A stretch of 64,000 nucleotides of DNA from Candidatus Poribacteria bacterium (GTDB lineage Bacteria > Poribacteria > WGA-4E > WGA-3G). Every line of letters begins with the position of its first letter. The first letter of the stretch is position 1. The notes beneath the pieces were generated by a model. The model was not told the origin of the DNA. It saw nothing but the letters and a program-made list of their open reading frames with translations, and did no database searches. The position numbers were made by a program, and so were the translations under genes. The stretch lies in the NCBI GenBank assembly GCA_965197475.1, contig CBDANF010000003.1, forward strand, positions 1,216,001-1,280,000. The letters run 5' to 3'. This document shows, piece by piece, positions 37,124 to 47,568 of this stretch.

Positions 37124-38911
37124 CTAAAAGAATCCATTGATGAATAAAACAGCACGTATTGTGTCCGCTTCCTGAAATCCTGTGGCATAGAGGTCTTTTG
37201 TTTCATCAATATATGTATATCTATTTTTGCCGAAGAAGTGTGTAATTTCAAAGTTTAAATGGAACGTTCGACTTAAGTCGTAATAGATACCGCCACCCCA
37301 ATCGGAGAATTTTGCGTTGAAATCGAGAAACCTGAAGTTATTCGGATTAAGCGCATCGTTGATGAAATCAAGGTTAATAGTACTGAAGTATGCATAAGCT
37401 CGTGCCTCACGATAATTGTAGAGGCTATGGTCACGTATCCATGTAAAATCAAGTTGAATTCGGTTATCCCAAGATGTTTCAGTTGATCTATCATCTTGAT
37501 TGAAACTTCCACGGAAGTCCGCAAAATCTTGCGAACGGTAATAACTTGTATCGGTCATACGGACATAAGTTAGCTGGTTAGAGAGTGCTATTCGATAGTT
37601 CTCGTTTAAATCATAAGAAAAGGTTATGTTTGCATCTGCTGAGTCTTGAATGATCTGTTCGTCAAAATCGGATTTAGTGTATAGATCCGCATCAAGGTCA
37701 TCTTGATTGTCTATTTCAATGTCGTGTAGATCGCGCGTATAGCGGAGTTTCAGTTCAGTTTGAAACATGGAAGAGAACAAAGATGTAGTTGGCGCATATT
37801 TCCTAAACCGTAATGCTGTCGTATTGAGATAGTATAAGTTTCCGCTTGGGTCAATCCCTTTAAGTTGAAGTGCTACATCTTCCTCATCCTCTCTTTGGAA
37901 AGGAATGAGTATCTTTTGGGTATACGCGCCATCAGCAGTAAATCGTTGGATTCTCCGTAGTCGGTATCGAAACGACCGTGAATAGCCATCATAACGTGGA
38001 GTAGGATCATCAAGTCGCTTCGGTAGTGTGGATAGAAAATCTTTAAGGTATTTTGCCTTGTCCGCAACAAGAAGCGTTCCATCTGTTAGGGCTGCGATCC
38101 GGAATGGGGCAATAAATTGTCCGCCAGCATCTCCATATTCACCGAAGGCGCGTAAAAACTTTCCTTCCGAGCTATATTTTACGACCCGATGTCCTTTTTC
38201 ATCAACAATATAGAGGTTGCCAGTTTTGTCCACGGTCATATCAGCGGGATGAATTATTTGTCCCGCACCGAGTTGGGCAATGGCATAGCGAGCAATTGGT
38301 TTTCCGTCTGCATCCAGTTTGTAAATTAAGTCGTTATCACAAACATAAAGATTGTGATGTACATCTACTGCAAGTAGAAATTGACGTTTTGTGTCACCCT
38401 GTGGGATAATGAGTGCGTATTCGCCATCGCTATCCAGGCCAGGCGCGGCTGCTTCAAGGTTTTCTATTCTCTGGCTGAAATCCTGTATCGGATAACTCTT
38501 GATAAACTGTCCTTGAGAATCAAATTTGTGAACACAAGGTCCGTAGTTGAAGATTTTCGGATTGTCAGTTCCCGCAATGTGTTTAAGTATCCAGTCCATC
38601 ACATAAATAGAACTGTCGCTCCCGATAGCAATAGCAGTAGGGTTGATGAATCGGAAGTCTGCGGAATCTTTCACCTCAATGTCAAAAACGAAAACACCTA
38701 TTTGCGTGAATTTGTGAATTTTGAAGTTGTCTGTATCCGTGACGTAGATAGCACTGTCGGACCCGAACGCTATGAACAAAGTCTTTGCGAATTGTGCCTC
38801 TCCTTCTCCTTTGCTACCGAATTCGCCAACGAATTTAAACTCTTGTGCAGCGTTAAGACTCAACGGAATTAGCAATAGAATGAAAAGCGATAGGGTTTTT
38901 AGTTTTAACAT
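37124..38911 (-). CDS. Exported NHL-repeat protein with a probable C-terminal beta-barrel
   Basis: Signal peptide, NHL repeats, amphipathic strands, terminal Phe. Confidence 0.7.
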   Translation of the reverse strand: MLKLKTLSLFILLLIPLSLNAAQEFKFVGEFGSKGEGEAQFAKTLFIAFGSDSAIYVTDTDNFKIHKFTQIGVFVFDIEVKDSADFRFINPTAIAIGSDSSIYVMDWILKHIAGTDNPKIFNYGPCVHKFDSQGQFIKSYPIQDFSQRIENLEAAAPGLDSDGEYALIIPQGDTKRQFLLAVDVHHNLYVCDNDLIYKLDADGKPIARYAIAQLGAGQIIHPADMTVDKTGNLYIVDEKGHRVVKYSSEGKFLRAFGEYGDAGGQFIAPFRIAALTDGTLLVADKAKYLKDFLSTLPKRLDDPTPRYDGYSRSFRYRLRRIQRFTADGAYTQKILIPFQREDEEDVALQLKGIDPSGNLYYLNTTALRFRKYAPTTSLFSSMFQTELKLRYTRDLHDIEIDNQDDLDADLYTKSDFDEQIIQDSADANITFSYDLNENYRIALSNQLTYVRMTDTSYYRSQDFADFRGSFNQDDRSTETSWDNRIQLDFTWIRDHSLYNYREARAYAYFSTINLDFINDALNPNNFRFLDFNAKFSDWGGGIYYDLSRTFHLNFEITHFFGKNRYTYIDETKDLYATGFQEADTIRAVLFINGFF

Positions 38912-38987
38912 TGTTATCTTAAGACACGTGATTTATTTTGCCCAGCTTGCTGAAAAGCAGAGGTAATGTAACCGGATACGTATGGGA

Positions 38988-39401
38988 TTATGGCGAATTC
39001 TGGTGTCTTTTCCAGATATTATCAAGGATTCCGTTGATAAATTTAGGGGAATCCGGGGTACTGTAAGATTTGGCAATTTCAACCGCTTCATTGATTGAAG
39101 TTGCCGCGTCAATTTCACTGATATAGAGGATTTCATACGTTGCTATTCGGAGTATAGAAAGGTCTACAATAGGCATCCGATGAAGTTTCCAATTTTTGGA
39201 GGTGACTTGGAGTTCTGCATCTATCGCTTCAAGATTTGAAGTAGCACCTTCAAAGAGTTGTTCAGCGAACGGTCGTAGTTCTAGTGGGATATCTCGGTTC
39301 TGCCAAAACTGTCTAATGACGAGTTGCACTGGTTCAGCGGTGAGATGAATCTGATATAGCATTTGCATCGCGACGATGCGGGACTGTCTTCGAGAGGGCA
39401 T
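38988..39401 (-). CDS. nusB: Transcription antitermination factor NusB
   Basis: Motifs RRQSRIVAMQMLYQ, DLSILR, INEAVEIAK and FINGILD. Confidence 0.95.
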   Translation of the reverse strand: MPSRRQSRIVAMQMLYQIHLTAEPVQLVIRQFWQNRDIPLELRPFAEQLFEGATSNLEAIDAELQVTSKNWKLHRMPIVDLSILRIATYEILYISEIDAATSINEAVEIAKSYSTPDSPKFINGILDNIWKRHQNSP

Positions 39402-39571
39402 CAGGGTTCCAATTTTTTTAATTGTGTTTGTGCTATTTTATATTATACGGGTTTTTAGACGGGGTGTCAAGGGAAATGCTTAGCGAGGTGTGTATAGTTT
39501 TGTCATTAAACAGCTACGGTTTCTCATATTGATAGGCGCGGTTTGAAACCGCGCCTATTTGGTAAATCAGG

Positions 39572-40891
39572 CTATTGGGTCTCGGATTTGGCTTTGAGTG
39601 CTTCCACTACGAGACCTTCTAACTTCTCCCCTCTGGCTTTATGTGTGATTAATTTGCCATCTCTGTCAATAAGCCACTGTGATGGAACACCCGTAATTTT
39701 AAACTGCTGTACGAGTGGATCATTTTTCCCCCTTTCACCACTGCAAATCTGCCGCCACTGGATGTTGTTCTCTTGAATGTAATCCCGCAGTTCCGTTTCA
39801 TCATCAAGGCTAACACCGATGATGTCAAACCCCTGATCTTTATAGGTATCGTAGACATTTTTCAGATTGGGCATTTCGTCAATGCAGAAACCACACCCCG
39901 TGTCCCAAAAGCCAATCAGAACAACTTTTCCACGATAGTCCTGAAGCGAAATAGGTGTCCCATTAAGGTCAGTAGATGAAAAGTCAGGCACAGGTTTTCC
40001 AATCAATTCGTATGTAGGGTCAGCCTTGCGGTCATACACGTCGGCGAGTTCAATGTTGCCTAATTTCCTATGAATGTGGGCAATTCTCCAGAGGATAGGT
40101 TCCGCGTCCGGATGTTGCTGCTCAGCCTCCTTAAAAATCTCAAGCAAGTCCTCATACCGCTCCATTGAGTCAAGCATCTCAAACAACGTGCGATAGCTCT
40201 GAATGTCTTCTGGCTTCATGACTGACTTGAAACGGTTGATGAGACTTTCGACATCTTTCTCACGTCTAACTTTGATGTAGAGTCTGAAAAGCCGTGGGTA
40301 GAGATCAGAGACACTCGGATCATCCGGGTATCGCGCAAGTGTGTCTTCAAAAGCAGTAATAGCTGCTTCGTGGCTACCATACATTTCTTCAGGTGTGGAT
40401 TCCCAAACATGGGATGAGGGATAGACCTTAAAGGAGAAACTCAAGTTTAGGCAGTCAAAGGGTTGATTCGCATGATGCCGACAACGGACGAGCGGCATGG
40501 CATCCCCATACACTTTGCGTTGTTGTGCTTTCTCCTCCCGGTATTCAGGATGAAACTGGTAGCCATAACTAACAGGCATTTTCGGGTCAGCGTTATGCGT
40601 GAAAATTGGCTTGCCTCCCTCTTCATCTGCAGGACAAAGCAAGAGGTTCGCATCTGGCAGATATTTCGGGTGAAGCTCTGAAAGCCATTCAGGAAAATCG
40701 TCGTGGTCATTGTGGTACGCCTGAACTGCTTTGCCGATAACAAGCAAGTTTTGCGTGCAGATTTCGATGTTTTTCTGGTTCTGTGCTTCAGCTGAATTTT
40801 CAGTTGGTTTTTGGATAGGTGCTTCCGTATTCGGAGAAATAGCGCAACCTACCGAACTCAACACGATTCCGAAAGTCAAGATTTCCTTCAT
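39572..40891 (-). CDS. Lipoprotein with pilin-like, TPR-like and TlpA thioredoxin domains
   Basis: Lipobox SVGC; FWDTGCGFC active site; paralog of the C-terminal half of 42703-45072. Confidence 0.8.
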   Translation of the reverse strand: MKEILTFGIVLSSVGCAISPNTEAPIQKPTENSAEAQNQKNIEICTQNLLVIGKAVQAYHNDHDDFPEWLSELHPKYLPDANLLLCPADEEGGKPIFTHNADPKMPVSYGYQFHPEYREEKAQQRKVYGDAMPLVRCRHHANQPFDCLNLSFSFKVYPSSHVWESTPEEMYGSHEAAITAFEDTLARYPDDPSVSDLYPRLFRLYIKVRREKDVESLINRFKSVMKPEDIQSYRTLFEMLDSMERYEDLLEIFKEAEQQHPDAEPILWRIAHIHRKLGNIELADVYDRKADPTYELIGKPVPDFSSTDLNGTPISLQDYRGKVVLIGFWDTGCGFCIDEMPNLKNVYDTYKDQGFDIIGVSLDDETELRDYIQENNIQWRQICSGERGKNDPLVQQFKITGVPSQWLIDRDGKLITHKARGEKLEGLVVEALKAKSETQ

Positions 40892-41004
40892 TTGATATTC
40901 TCCTTTTCGTTTAAGGGATTAGATAGATTATCCAATTAATCTTCTGTGTGTCGAAACACCAGCGCATCGTGCAAACTCGAAAAACTATGGGACATTACAT
41001 ACTA

Positions 41005-42043
41005 GACATTATAACTAATTAGTTGTAAGTTTGGTTAGTCTCTATTATACTTATTACAATCGGACAATAGGAGGCTAACTCATGATAAGTTTTCAAGAAC
41101 TAAAGGACAAACCTGATACGCTCCTGTCCCTCACCGGATATACCTTAGAAGAGTTTACTGAACTATCACCTTATTTTACTAAATGTTTTTTAGAGTATGT
41201 TCAAACACATACCCTTGCAGGAAAACCGCGCAAAAAACGGAAATATAAACCGTATAAAAATAGTCGTTTTGATACACCTGAAGATATGTTGCTATTTATA
41301 CTGATTTACCTTCGTGAAGCACCGAAACAAGTGCTATTCGGTGCGCTCTTTGGCATGTCTCAACCTCTTGCTAATAGATGGATTCACTTGCTTTTATCGA
41401 TATTGAACAAAGCATTAGCAGAACTTGGAGAGTTGCCATCTCGGGAAACAGACCCCGCCCCTATATGTGCTCCATCAAAAGTATCAACTCAAAATCAAGA
41501 AGGAGAACATTTTTTTCATGATAGCACCGAACGCCCGATACGACGCCCCAAAGACCCGTCAACTCAAAAGGCGTATTATAGTGGTAAAAAGAAATGCCAT
41601 ACAGTGAAAAATAATCTGATTATCAATGAGGCCTGCAAAGTCGTCCTATTGACACCTTCTTTTGAAGGAAGACACCATGACAAACACATAGCCGATATGG
41701 TGGGCTATTGTGTGCCACAGGGTAGCACATTGTATCAAGATACCGGTTTTCAGGGTTTCGTTCTCCCGGATATAAACATCATTCAACCGAAGAAAAAACC
41801 GAGAGGTAGAGAACGGACGAATGAAGAAAAAGAAAACAATAGAAAGATAGCGTCTATACGCATACGCGTTGAACATGCGATTAGTGGTGTCAAAAGATGC
41901 CGCATTGTCAAAGATAAACTCAGGAATTGGAAGAAAGGGTTTTGTGATTTAGTTATGGAAACTTGTTGTGGTTTACACAACTTCCGACTAAACTTTAGAC
42001 CCTGGCGTTATGAAACTTCTGTTATTTAAATCATTATAATGTC
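41005..42043 (+). mobile_element. IS5-family (ISL2-like, DDE_Tnp_4) insertion sequence
   Basis: IRs GACATTATAA/TTATAATGTC flanked by TA. Confidence 0.8.
41082..42029 (+). CDS. DDE_Tnp_4 transposase
   Basis: Motifs HDSTERP, YYSGKKKCHT, QDTGFQG and RIRVEHAI. Confidence 0.92.
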   Translation: MISFQELKDKPDTLLSLTGYTLEEFTELSPYFTKCFLEYVQTHTLAGKPRKKRKYKPYKNSRFDTPEDMLLFILIYLREAPKQVLFGALFGMSQPLANRWIHLLLSILNKALAELGELPSRETDPAPICAPSKVSTQNQEGEHFFHDSTERPIRRPKDPSTQKAYYSGKKKCHTVKNNLIINEACKVVLLTPSFEGRHHDKHIADMVGYCVPQGSTLYQDTGFQGFVLPDINIIQPKKKPRGRERTNEEKENNRKIASIRIRVEHAISGVKRCRIVKDKLRNWKKGFCDLVMETCCGLHNFRLNFRPWRYETSVI

Positions 42044-42072
42044 TAATTTAGTGAGGAATGACTTCTTTCATT

Positions 42073-42585
42073 TCACTCATCCTTTTCCAAAAATAGTTCC
42101 TGAAATTTAGAAACTACACCTTTTGTCATTTTTCCCAGATCCTTTTTAGGAAATAGGTACAAACCTGTTTGAGAATGTTTGATCAGATTTTCTGTGAGAT
42201 TGTCAACGCGTTCCCAATTTGAAACAGCAACATCTGGTTTGAGAATACTATTGTCAAAATAATCAAGATACTGAACACAAGCAGCGATATTATCGGTTTT
42301 TTGTTTATTTTCTCCAGCTCGTGCTGCCACGAGAACAACGTTTACGACATAGGATATGCCTTCTTCAATTTCCAAGACGACATTTACATTTTCAGTCTTA
42401 CTTAATGTTTCAAACAAATATTTCTTAACAAACGGTCTCAGATCGTCTTCACCGGCGACATCAAGAAAAACTTTAATTTTCTGTGGATCTTCAGGTGATT
42501 CTTGGACAGGTATACCTTCTAATGAGATTGCTATGAAACTTAGAATTACACCGACCATAAGAAAAAGTATCAAAAATCGTTTCAT
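42073..42585 (-). CDS. Hypothetical exported protein
   Basis: N-terminal signal or TM segment; AAAGGAGG RBS. Confidence 0.7.
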   Translation of the reverse strand: MKRFLILFLMVGVILSFIAISLEGIPVQESPEDPQKIKVFLDVAGEDDLRPFVKKYLFETLSKTENVNVVLEIEEGISYVVNVVLVAARAGENKQKTDNIAACVQYLDYFDNSILKPDVAVSNWERVDNLTENLIKHSQTGLYLFPKKDLGKMTKGVVSKFQELFLEKDE

Positions 42586-42702
42586 TTTATCCTCCTTTCG
42601 GCATTCTTTTCGTATTGGCAGGAAGCCATTATGTGAGGTGGATTATGTATACGGGACATAGATTCCCGCATACACATTTCGCATTTCCGTTTGCAAGAAT
42701 TG

Positions 42703-45072
42703 CTATTCATTCTCGGTTTTGTCCTTGAGTGTTTCCACTACGAGACGTTCTAACTCAATCCCTCTGGCTTTACGTGAAATCAACGTACCATCTCTGGCAA
42801 TAAGCCACGGTGCAGGGATTGCGCGTATATGATACTGCTCTGCAAGCGGACTGTTCCATCTTTGACCGCTGAAAATTTGCCGCCAAGAAATGTCATTCTC
42901 CATGAGGTAGTTGCGTAGTCTTGTCTCATCAGTGTCAAGACTGACCCCGATAATATCAAACCCTTGGTCCTTATAGGAATTATAAACCCTTTTCACATTC
43001 GGCATCTCTCCAATGCAGGGACCACACCAAACAGCCCAGAAATCGAGTAGGACAACTTTCCCGCGATATTGTTGAAGCGAGATCGGTTTGCCATCAAGGT
43101 CCGTTGCAGAGAAGTCAGGTACAACCTTTCCTATCAGTTCCGACATAGGATCAGCCTTTTTTCGATATTCCGCTGCAAGTTCAGAATTACCGAGTTTCTC
43201 ATGAATTCGCGCAAGCTCCACAAGAATCCAGTACTTGTCCGGATACCGCTTCTCAAGTTTCTCAAAGACCTTAAGCACTTCTTCATACCGATTCGCGGTC
43301 TCAAGCATCGCGGCGAGAACGGTATGTGTCTGAAGGTCATCTGGTTTTAGAATCAACTTGAAACGGTTAATAAGACTTTCGGCATCTTTTTCGCGTCCGA
43401 CTTCAATGTAGAGGCGCACGAGCGACTCATAGACATGGAAGAACCGTTCATTGTCTGCTTGCCGCTGAAGTCCATTTTCCAACGCCTCAATGGCTTTTTC
43501 CGTAGATTCATACATGTCTTCGGGGGTATATTCCCATGGACCAGATGACCAATATACCTTAAAGGAGAAGCCCAAGTTTAGGCACTCAAACACTTGATTT
43601 GCATGATGCCGACAACGCGCAAGCGGTATGACATCACCGTACACGGTTAGGTTTTCTCGTGTTCCTTTTCGATACCCAGGGTGAAATTGGTAGCCATAGC
43701 TCACGGGCATCTTCGGGTCTGTGTTTCCAGAAAAGATTGGTTTGCCACCCTGATCATCTTCTGGACAAAGCAAGATATTTGCGTCTGGCAAGTATTTAGG
43801 ATAAAGTTCTGAAAGCCATTCTGGGAAATCGCCGTGTTCCTTCTGGTATGCCTGAATCGCCTTTCCAATTTCAAGCAGATGTTGCTTGCAGATTTCAACG
43901 TCTTTTTCAATCTGTTCTGCCTTCTTGGATTCATCAGAGCGATTCTCACTTGCTGTCAATTCGGATTTGGATGTCTCCTCTGAGTCAACTGCTTGTGCCA
44001 AACGCATCGCGCCCATCGGAACAGCAAAGCAAATGAGAACAAGCAACCCTATTCCTACTACAACCTTCGTCACCGGGTGTCGATTCAGGTTTTCGGTGAG
44101 AACGGTTCGGAGTCGTCCTTCAATCTTTGAAGGACGTGCCATCGCCACGGCAGCACGCGAGACAGCGTTAACCATCTTTACATTGCGTGTTATATCAAGC
44201 AAATGTCGAGCGTAATCGGTTGATTGATAGCCGGTATTGAGCACTTGGTCATCGCACGCTTGCTCTGCCTCTATTCGCATCCGATGTGCAGCAAACCACA
44301 CGCCTGGGTTAAACCAATAGACTGTACAAGCAATCTGCGCAATCGTCTGCATCAACCAATCCCAGCGTTTAACATGTGCTGTTTCGTGGAGCATGACTGC
44401 CCGAAACTTCTTCGTTTGCCAATTCGCTGCATCAGTAGGTAGCAAAATCACAGGACGAAAAATACCCCACATCATTGGAACTGTGATTCTGTCGCTTAGA
44501 CGGATACTGATCTGTTGATTCCAAGTAGAATGCAGCGGTTCAATTGAACTGTTGAAGTCTTTGCTACGGGTTGAGATGTACCAGATACCACCAATTCCAG
44601 CAATCAAACGGACAAGAAAGAACACACTAACACATGCCCAAACTATTCCTATCCAATTTGTCCAAGGGATTGTTGTGAGAATACCTTTCTTACTGGTCTC
44701 AATTTTCGGTTGAGACCGTGTTGGTGTGATTTCTATTGATGACACCGTCTCCGATGACGACTGGATCGGAGCAATTGAAACAGGAACCGCTGGGGTTTGA
44801 GAGATTTTCGCCAACCGATGAGTCTCGTGTACGATCGGTGTTTCGGGTAGGACGCTAAGTTCCCACTTCGGAAGTATTACAGAAAACAGCGGGACGATGA
44901 GGCATCCAACAATTGTCATACTCCAAACGAAACAACGTACTGCCGCTGATTTGCGGCGGAAGCAGAATGAAAATATGCCGCCAACGGCGAAAATTACAAA
45001 ACTTTTCATTGTGGTGTCAAAGAGAAATTTCAATAAAGGGTTTGCATAGAATGTTTCAATAAATTGCATCAT
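42703..45072 (-). CDS. BlaR1-like M56 peptidase fused to pilin-like, TPR-like and TlpA thioredoxin domains
   Basis: TM helices; motifs HETAHVKRWD, YWFNP, EQACD and FWAVWCGPC. Confidence 0.9.
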   Translation of the reverse strand: MMQFIETFYANPLLKFLFDTTMKSFVIFAVGGIFSFCFRRKSAAVRCFVWSMTIVGCLIVPLFSVILPKWELSVLPETPIVHETHRLAKISQTPAVPVSIAPIQSSSETVSSIEITPTRSQPKIETSKKGILTTIPWTNWIGIVWACVSVFFLVRLIAGIGGIWYISTRSKDFNSSIEPLHSTWNQQISIRLSDRITVPMMWGIFRPVILLPTDAANWQTKKFRAVMLHETAHVKRWDWLMQTIAQIACTVYWFNPGVWFAAHRMRIEAEQACDDQVLNTGYQSTDYARHLLDITRNVKMVNAVSRAAVAMARPSKIEGRLRTVLTENLNRHPVTKVVVGIGLLVLICFAVPMGAMRLAQAVDSEETSKSELTASENRSDESKKAEQIEKDVEICKQHLLEIGKAIQAYQKEHGDFPEWLSELYPKYLPDANILLCPEDDQGGKPIFSGNTDPKMPVSYGYQFHPGYRKGTRENLTVYGDVIPLARCRHHANQVFECLNLGFSFKVYWSSGPWEYTPEDMYESTEKAIEALENGLQRQADNERFFHVYESLVRLYIEVGREKDAESLINRFKLILKPDDLQTHTVLAAMLETANRYEEVLKVFEKLEKRYPDKYWILVELARIHEKLGNSELAAEYRKKADPMSELIGKVVPDFSATDLDGKPISLQQYRGKVVLLDFWAVWCGPCIGEMPNVKRVYNSYKDQGFDIIGVSLDTDETRLRNYLMENDISWRQIFSGQRWNSPLAEQYHIRAIPAPWLIARDGTLISRKARGIELERLVVETLKDKTENE

Positions 45073-45458
45073 GATGAGGTGTCTCCTTTTTTTGCCTGCT
45101 CAATGAGTTGGCTTAAACGGTCAAGCTCCTCATCCGAAAGGTCAGCATCGGAAATCAAAGTCATGACCGTTTTCTCAATGGATTTATCAAAAAACGTGTG
45201 AAAAATCTGTTTGAGCGCAGAACGCCCTGCCTGATGGCGCGGTTCTGTTGGACGATAGATGTAACATTTGCCATTTTTTTCGTGTGTAAGATGCCCTTTA
45301 TCTTCTAAAATCCGCAGCAATGCTCGAACAGAAGAATAACTTGGCGGATCGGGTAGGTCTTCAAGCACATCTGCCACAGAGACGTGACCGCGTTGATAAA
45401 CGATATCCATAAGCTGCCGTTCCCGACGACTCAATTTGGCAATACGGTAATCTTCCAT
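45069..45458 (-). CDS. BlaI/MecI/CopY family repressor
   Basis: Motifs LSRRERQLMDIVY and YSSVRALLRILEDKG; ATGA overlap with the M56 gene. Confidence 0.93.
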   Translation of the reverse strand: MEDYRIAKLSRRERQLMDIVYQRGHVSVADVLEDLPDPPSYSSVRALLRILEDKGHLTHEKNGKCYIYRPTEPRHQAGRSALKQIFHTFFDKSIEKTVMTLISDADLSDEELDRLSQLIEQAKKGDTSS

Positions 45459-45481
45459 TTTGTCACCCTCCTTTCAAGATA

Positions 45482-45540
45482 TGCTAATATTTTAGCACTT
45501 ATAGAAGTAAAAGTCAAGTAAAAATGCTGATATTTTAGCA
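45482..45540 (-). promoter_or_regulatory. Promoter with two palindromic operators
   Basis: TGCT(A/G)ATATTTTAGCA at 45482-45497 and 45525-45540, around TTGACT-N17-TAAAAT on the minus strand. Confidence 0.75.
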
Positions 45541-45582
45541 TTAAAAATGTATAAGTGAAATAAAATGTGAAAAACTAAGCCA

Positions 45583-45716
45583 GGGTGTATAAAATTTTAA
45601 TATTAAAATACACTCTCTCTTGTAGGAGGGGTTTTCAACCCCGATATATTGACATTGATTGACTGCTGGTTGTCCAAAATCCGCGATTCAGAAATTTAAA
45701 AAATATTTACACACCC
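45583..45716. mobile_element. MITE with ends of the 21534 family, enclosing a GTAG REP
   Basis: GGGTGTATAAA..TTTACACACCC; shares the subterminal motif GAATCGCGGATT with the 21534 element. Confidence 0.55.
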
Positions 45717-45794
45717 AAAAAACCAGAAAAACTTGACAATTCTGTAAAAAACCTTTAAAATTCCAAGTATTACCTTTAGCGAAAGGAAAGATAT

Positions 45795-47396
45795 GTGAAT
45801 TCACACAAAAGAGACTACGGGACTGTTATCGGCCCACATCCTTGCACTGCGGAGGCAGGATTTGATATGCTCCTTACAGGCGGTAACGCTGTGGATGCCG
45901 CCGTCGCAGCCGCTTTTGCAGAGGGAGTCGTGGAACCTTCACAAAACGGAATTGCCGGTTATGGCGGTTGCGTGCTGATCTACCGCAAGAAAACACAAGA
46001 TGTCGTGGCGATAGACTATAATACTGCAGCACCTGCTGCGGCTTCCGAAGACATGTTCACAATTGAGGATGCACCCGATACTCTTGCAGGATACCGCGTG
46101 CCGGGACGCGTTAACGTTCATGGACCGTTGTCTATTGGGGTACCGGGGGTTGTCGCAGGTCTCTGTTTAGCGTTGGAAGAATATGGTAGTCTTCCGCTTG
46201 CAGATGTACTACGTCCCGCTATCAATTCTGCACGCTACGGTTATGCACCGAATGGCTCAAATCGTGGTGGAATTGCCGGGAATGCAGAACGGTGGAAGCG
46301 CGAGTTTCCAGAAACAGCACGTGTTTTCCTCAAAGATGGAAGACCGCCAAAAAAAGGCGAAACGCTCACCAATCCTGACCTTGCACGAACCTTGGAAGCT
46401 GTTGCGGAGGGTGGACACTCAGCATTTTACGAAGGCACAATAGCTGAAACAATCGCTAATCACATTCAGGAATTAGGCGGTTGTTTAACCGTAGACGACC
46501 TCAAGAGTTATTGCCCCTTCATAACCCAACCTTATCAAATTCAATATCGTGGTTATTCTGTATATACTGCTCCCCTCGGTGCAGGTGGACTAACCACCTT
46601 ACAGATGCTCCGCTTGGTAGAGAAATATGATGTAGCCGAGATGTCTGTCACAGAGAGATTCCATCTTTTTGCTGAAGCAATGAAAATTTGCTGGGTCGAA
46701 AGACTACGCCGATTCGGTGATCCGAATTTCGTTGACATAGACATTGCTGCAGAACTTTCAGATAGTTTTACCGAGACACTCAGCAAGAAGTTGAATGCCG
46801 GCCTTGAATCGCCGCAACGCGGGGAGGTAGTCTATTACGAACCGATGAGTTGTACGAGTCATATTTCTACTGCAGATGCAGAAGGAAACATGGTGTCCTT
46901 GACACAGACACACGGTGGCGGATTCGGTTCAATGGTGACGGTGCCGGGTACTGGACTGCTTTTCGGTCACGGTGTCGGTCGTTTTGATCCGAGACCAGGG
47001 TTAGCGAATTCAGTCGGTCCGGGGAAACGTCCGCTTCATAACATGGGACCGTGTCTTGCCACGCGAGACGGAATGCCGTTTGCGACTTATGGCATCCCTG
47101 GTGGTCGCACTATTCCAAACAATCAACTAAATATCAGTGTTAGCCTCATTGACTTGCAAGTGTCGGCACAAGCAGCGTTGGACGCACCCCGGTTTCACAG
47201 CGATGGTGCCGAACCTATCCAAGTCGAATCACGTGCAGGTGAAGAAACACTTGCTGGATTGCGAGAACTCGGACATGAAATCGCAGCAAGCGGAGGTATC
47301 GGTGGCCCCGGACACGCTATTAGACTATGGAACGATGGAACTTACCACGACGGAGGCACTGATCCGCGCGGAGAAGGTAAAGTCATCACACGTTAA
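45795..47396 (+). CDS. ggt: Gamma-glutamyltransferase family protein
   Basis: Motifs GGNAVDAAVA, TSHISTAD (nucleophile Thr), PGKRPLHNM and DPRGEG. Confidence 0.92.
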   Translation: MNSHKRDYGTVIGPHPCTAEAGFDMLLTGGNAVDAAVAAAFAEGVVEPSQNGIAGYGGCVLIYRKKTQDVVAIDYNTAAPAAASEDMFTIEDAPDTLAGYRVPGRVNVHGPLSIGVPGVVAGLCLALEEYGSLPLADVLRPAINSARYGYAPNGSNRGGIAGNAERWKREFPETARVFLKDGRPPKKGETLTNPDLARTLEAVAEGGHSAFYEGTIAETIANHIQELGGCLTVDDLKSYCPFITQPYQIQYRGYSVYTAPLGAGGLTTLQMLRLVEKYDVAEMSVTERFHLFAEAMKICWVERLRRFGDPNFVDIDIAAELSDSFTETLSKKLNAGLESPQRGEVVYYEPMSCTSHISTADAEGNMVSLTQTHGGGFGSMVTVPGTGLLFGHGVGRFDPRPGLANSVGPGKRPLHNMGPCLATRDGMPFATYGIPGGRTIPNNQLNISVSLIDLQVSAQAALDAPRFHSDGAEPIQVESRAGEETLAGLRELGHEIAASGGIGGPGHAIRLWNDGTYHDGGTDPRGEGKVITR

Positions 47397-47568
47397 TATT
47401 TCATTTTATGGTGCATACCGCCTATGGAATGTTAGAAGGGATTGATAATCCCAATTTTTAAATCTATAGTAAAGTATAAAAATACATAGACACTTTCCGG
47501 TAGGCGCGCTGTTTATAGTGTCCAATCAATAAAATGTTTTACTATAATTCTTTGGAGTTTGAACAGAT

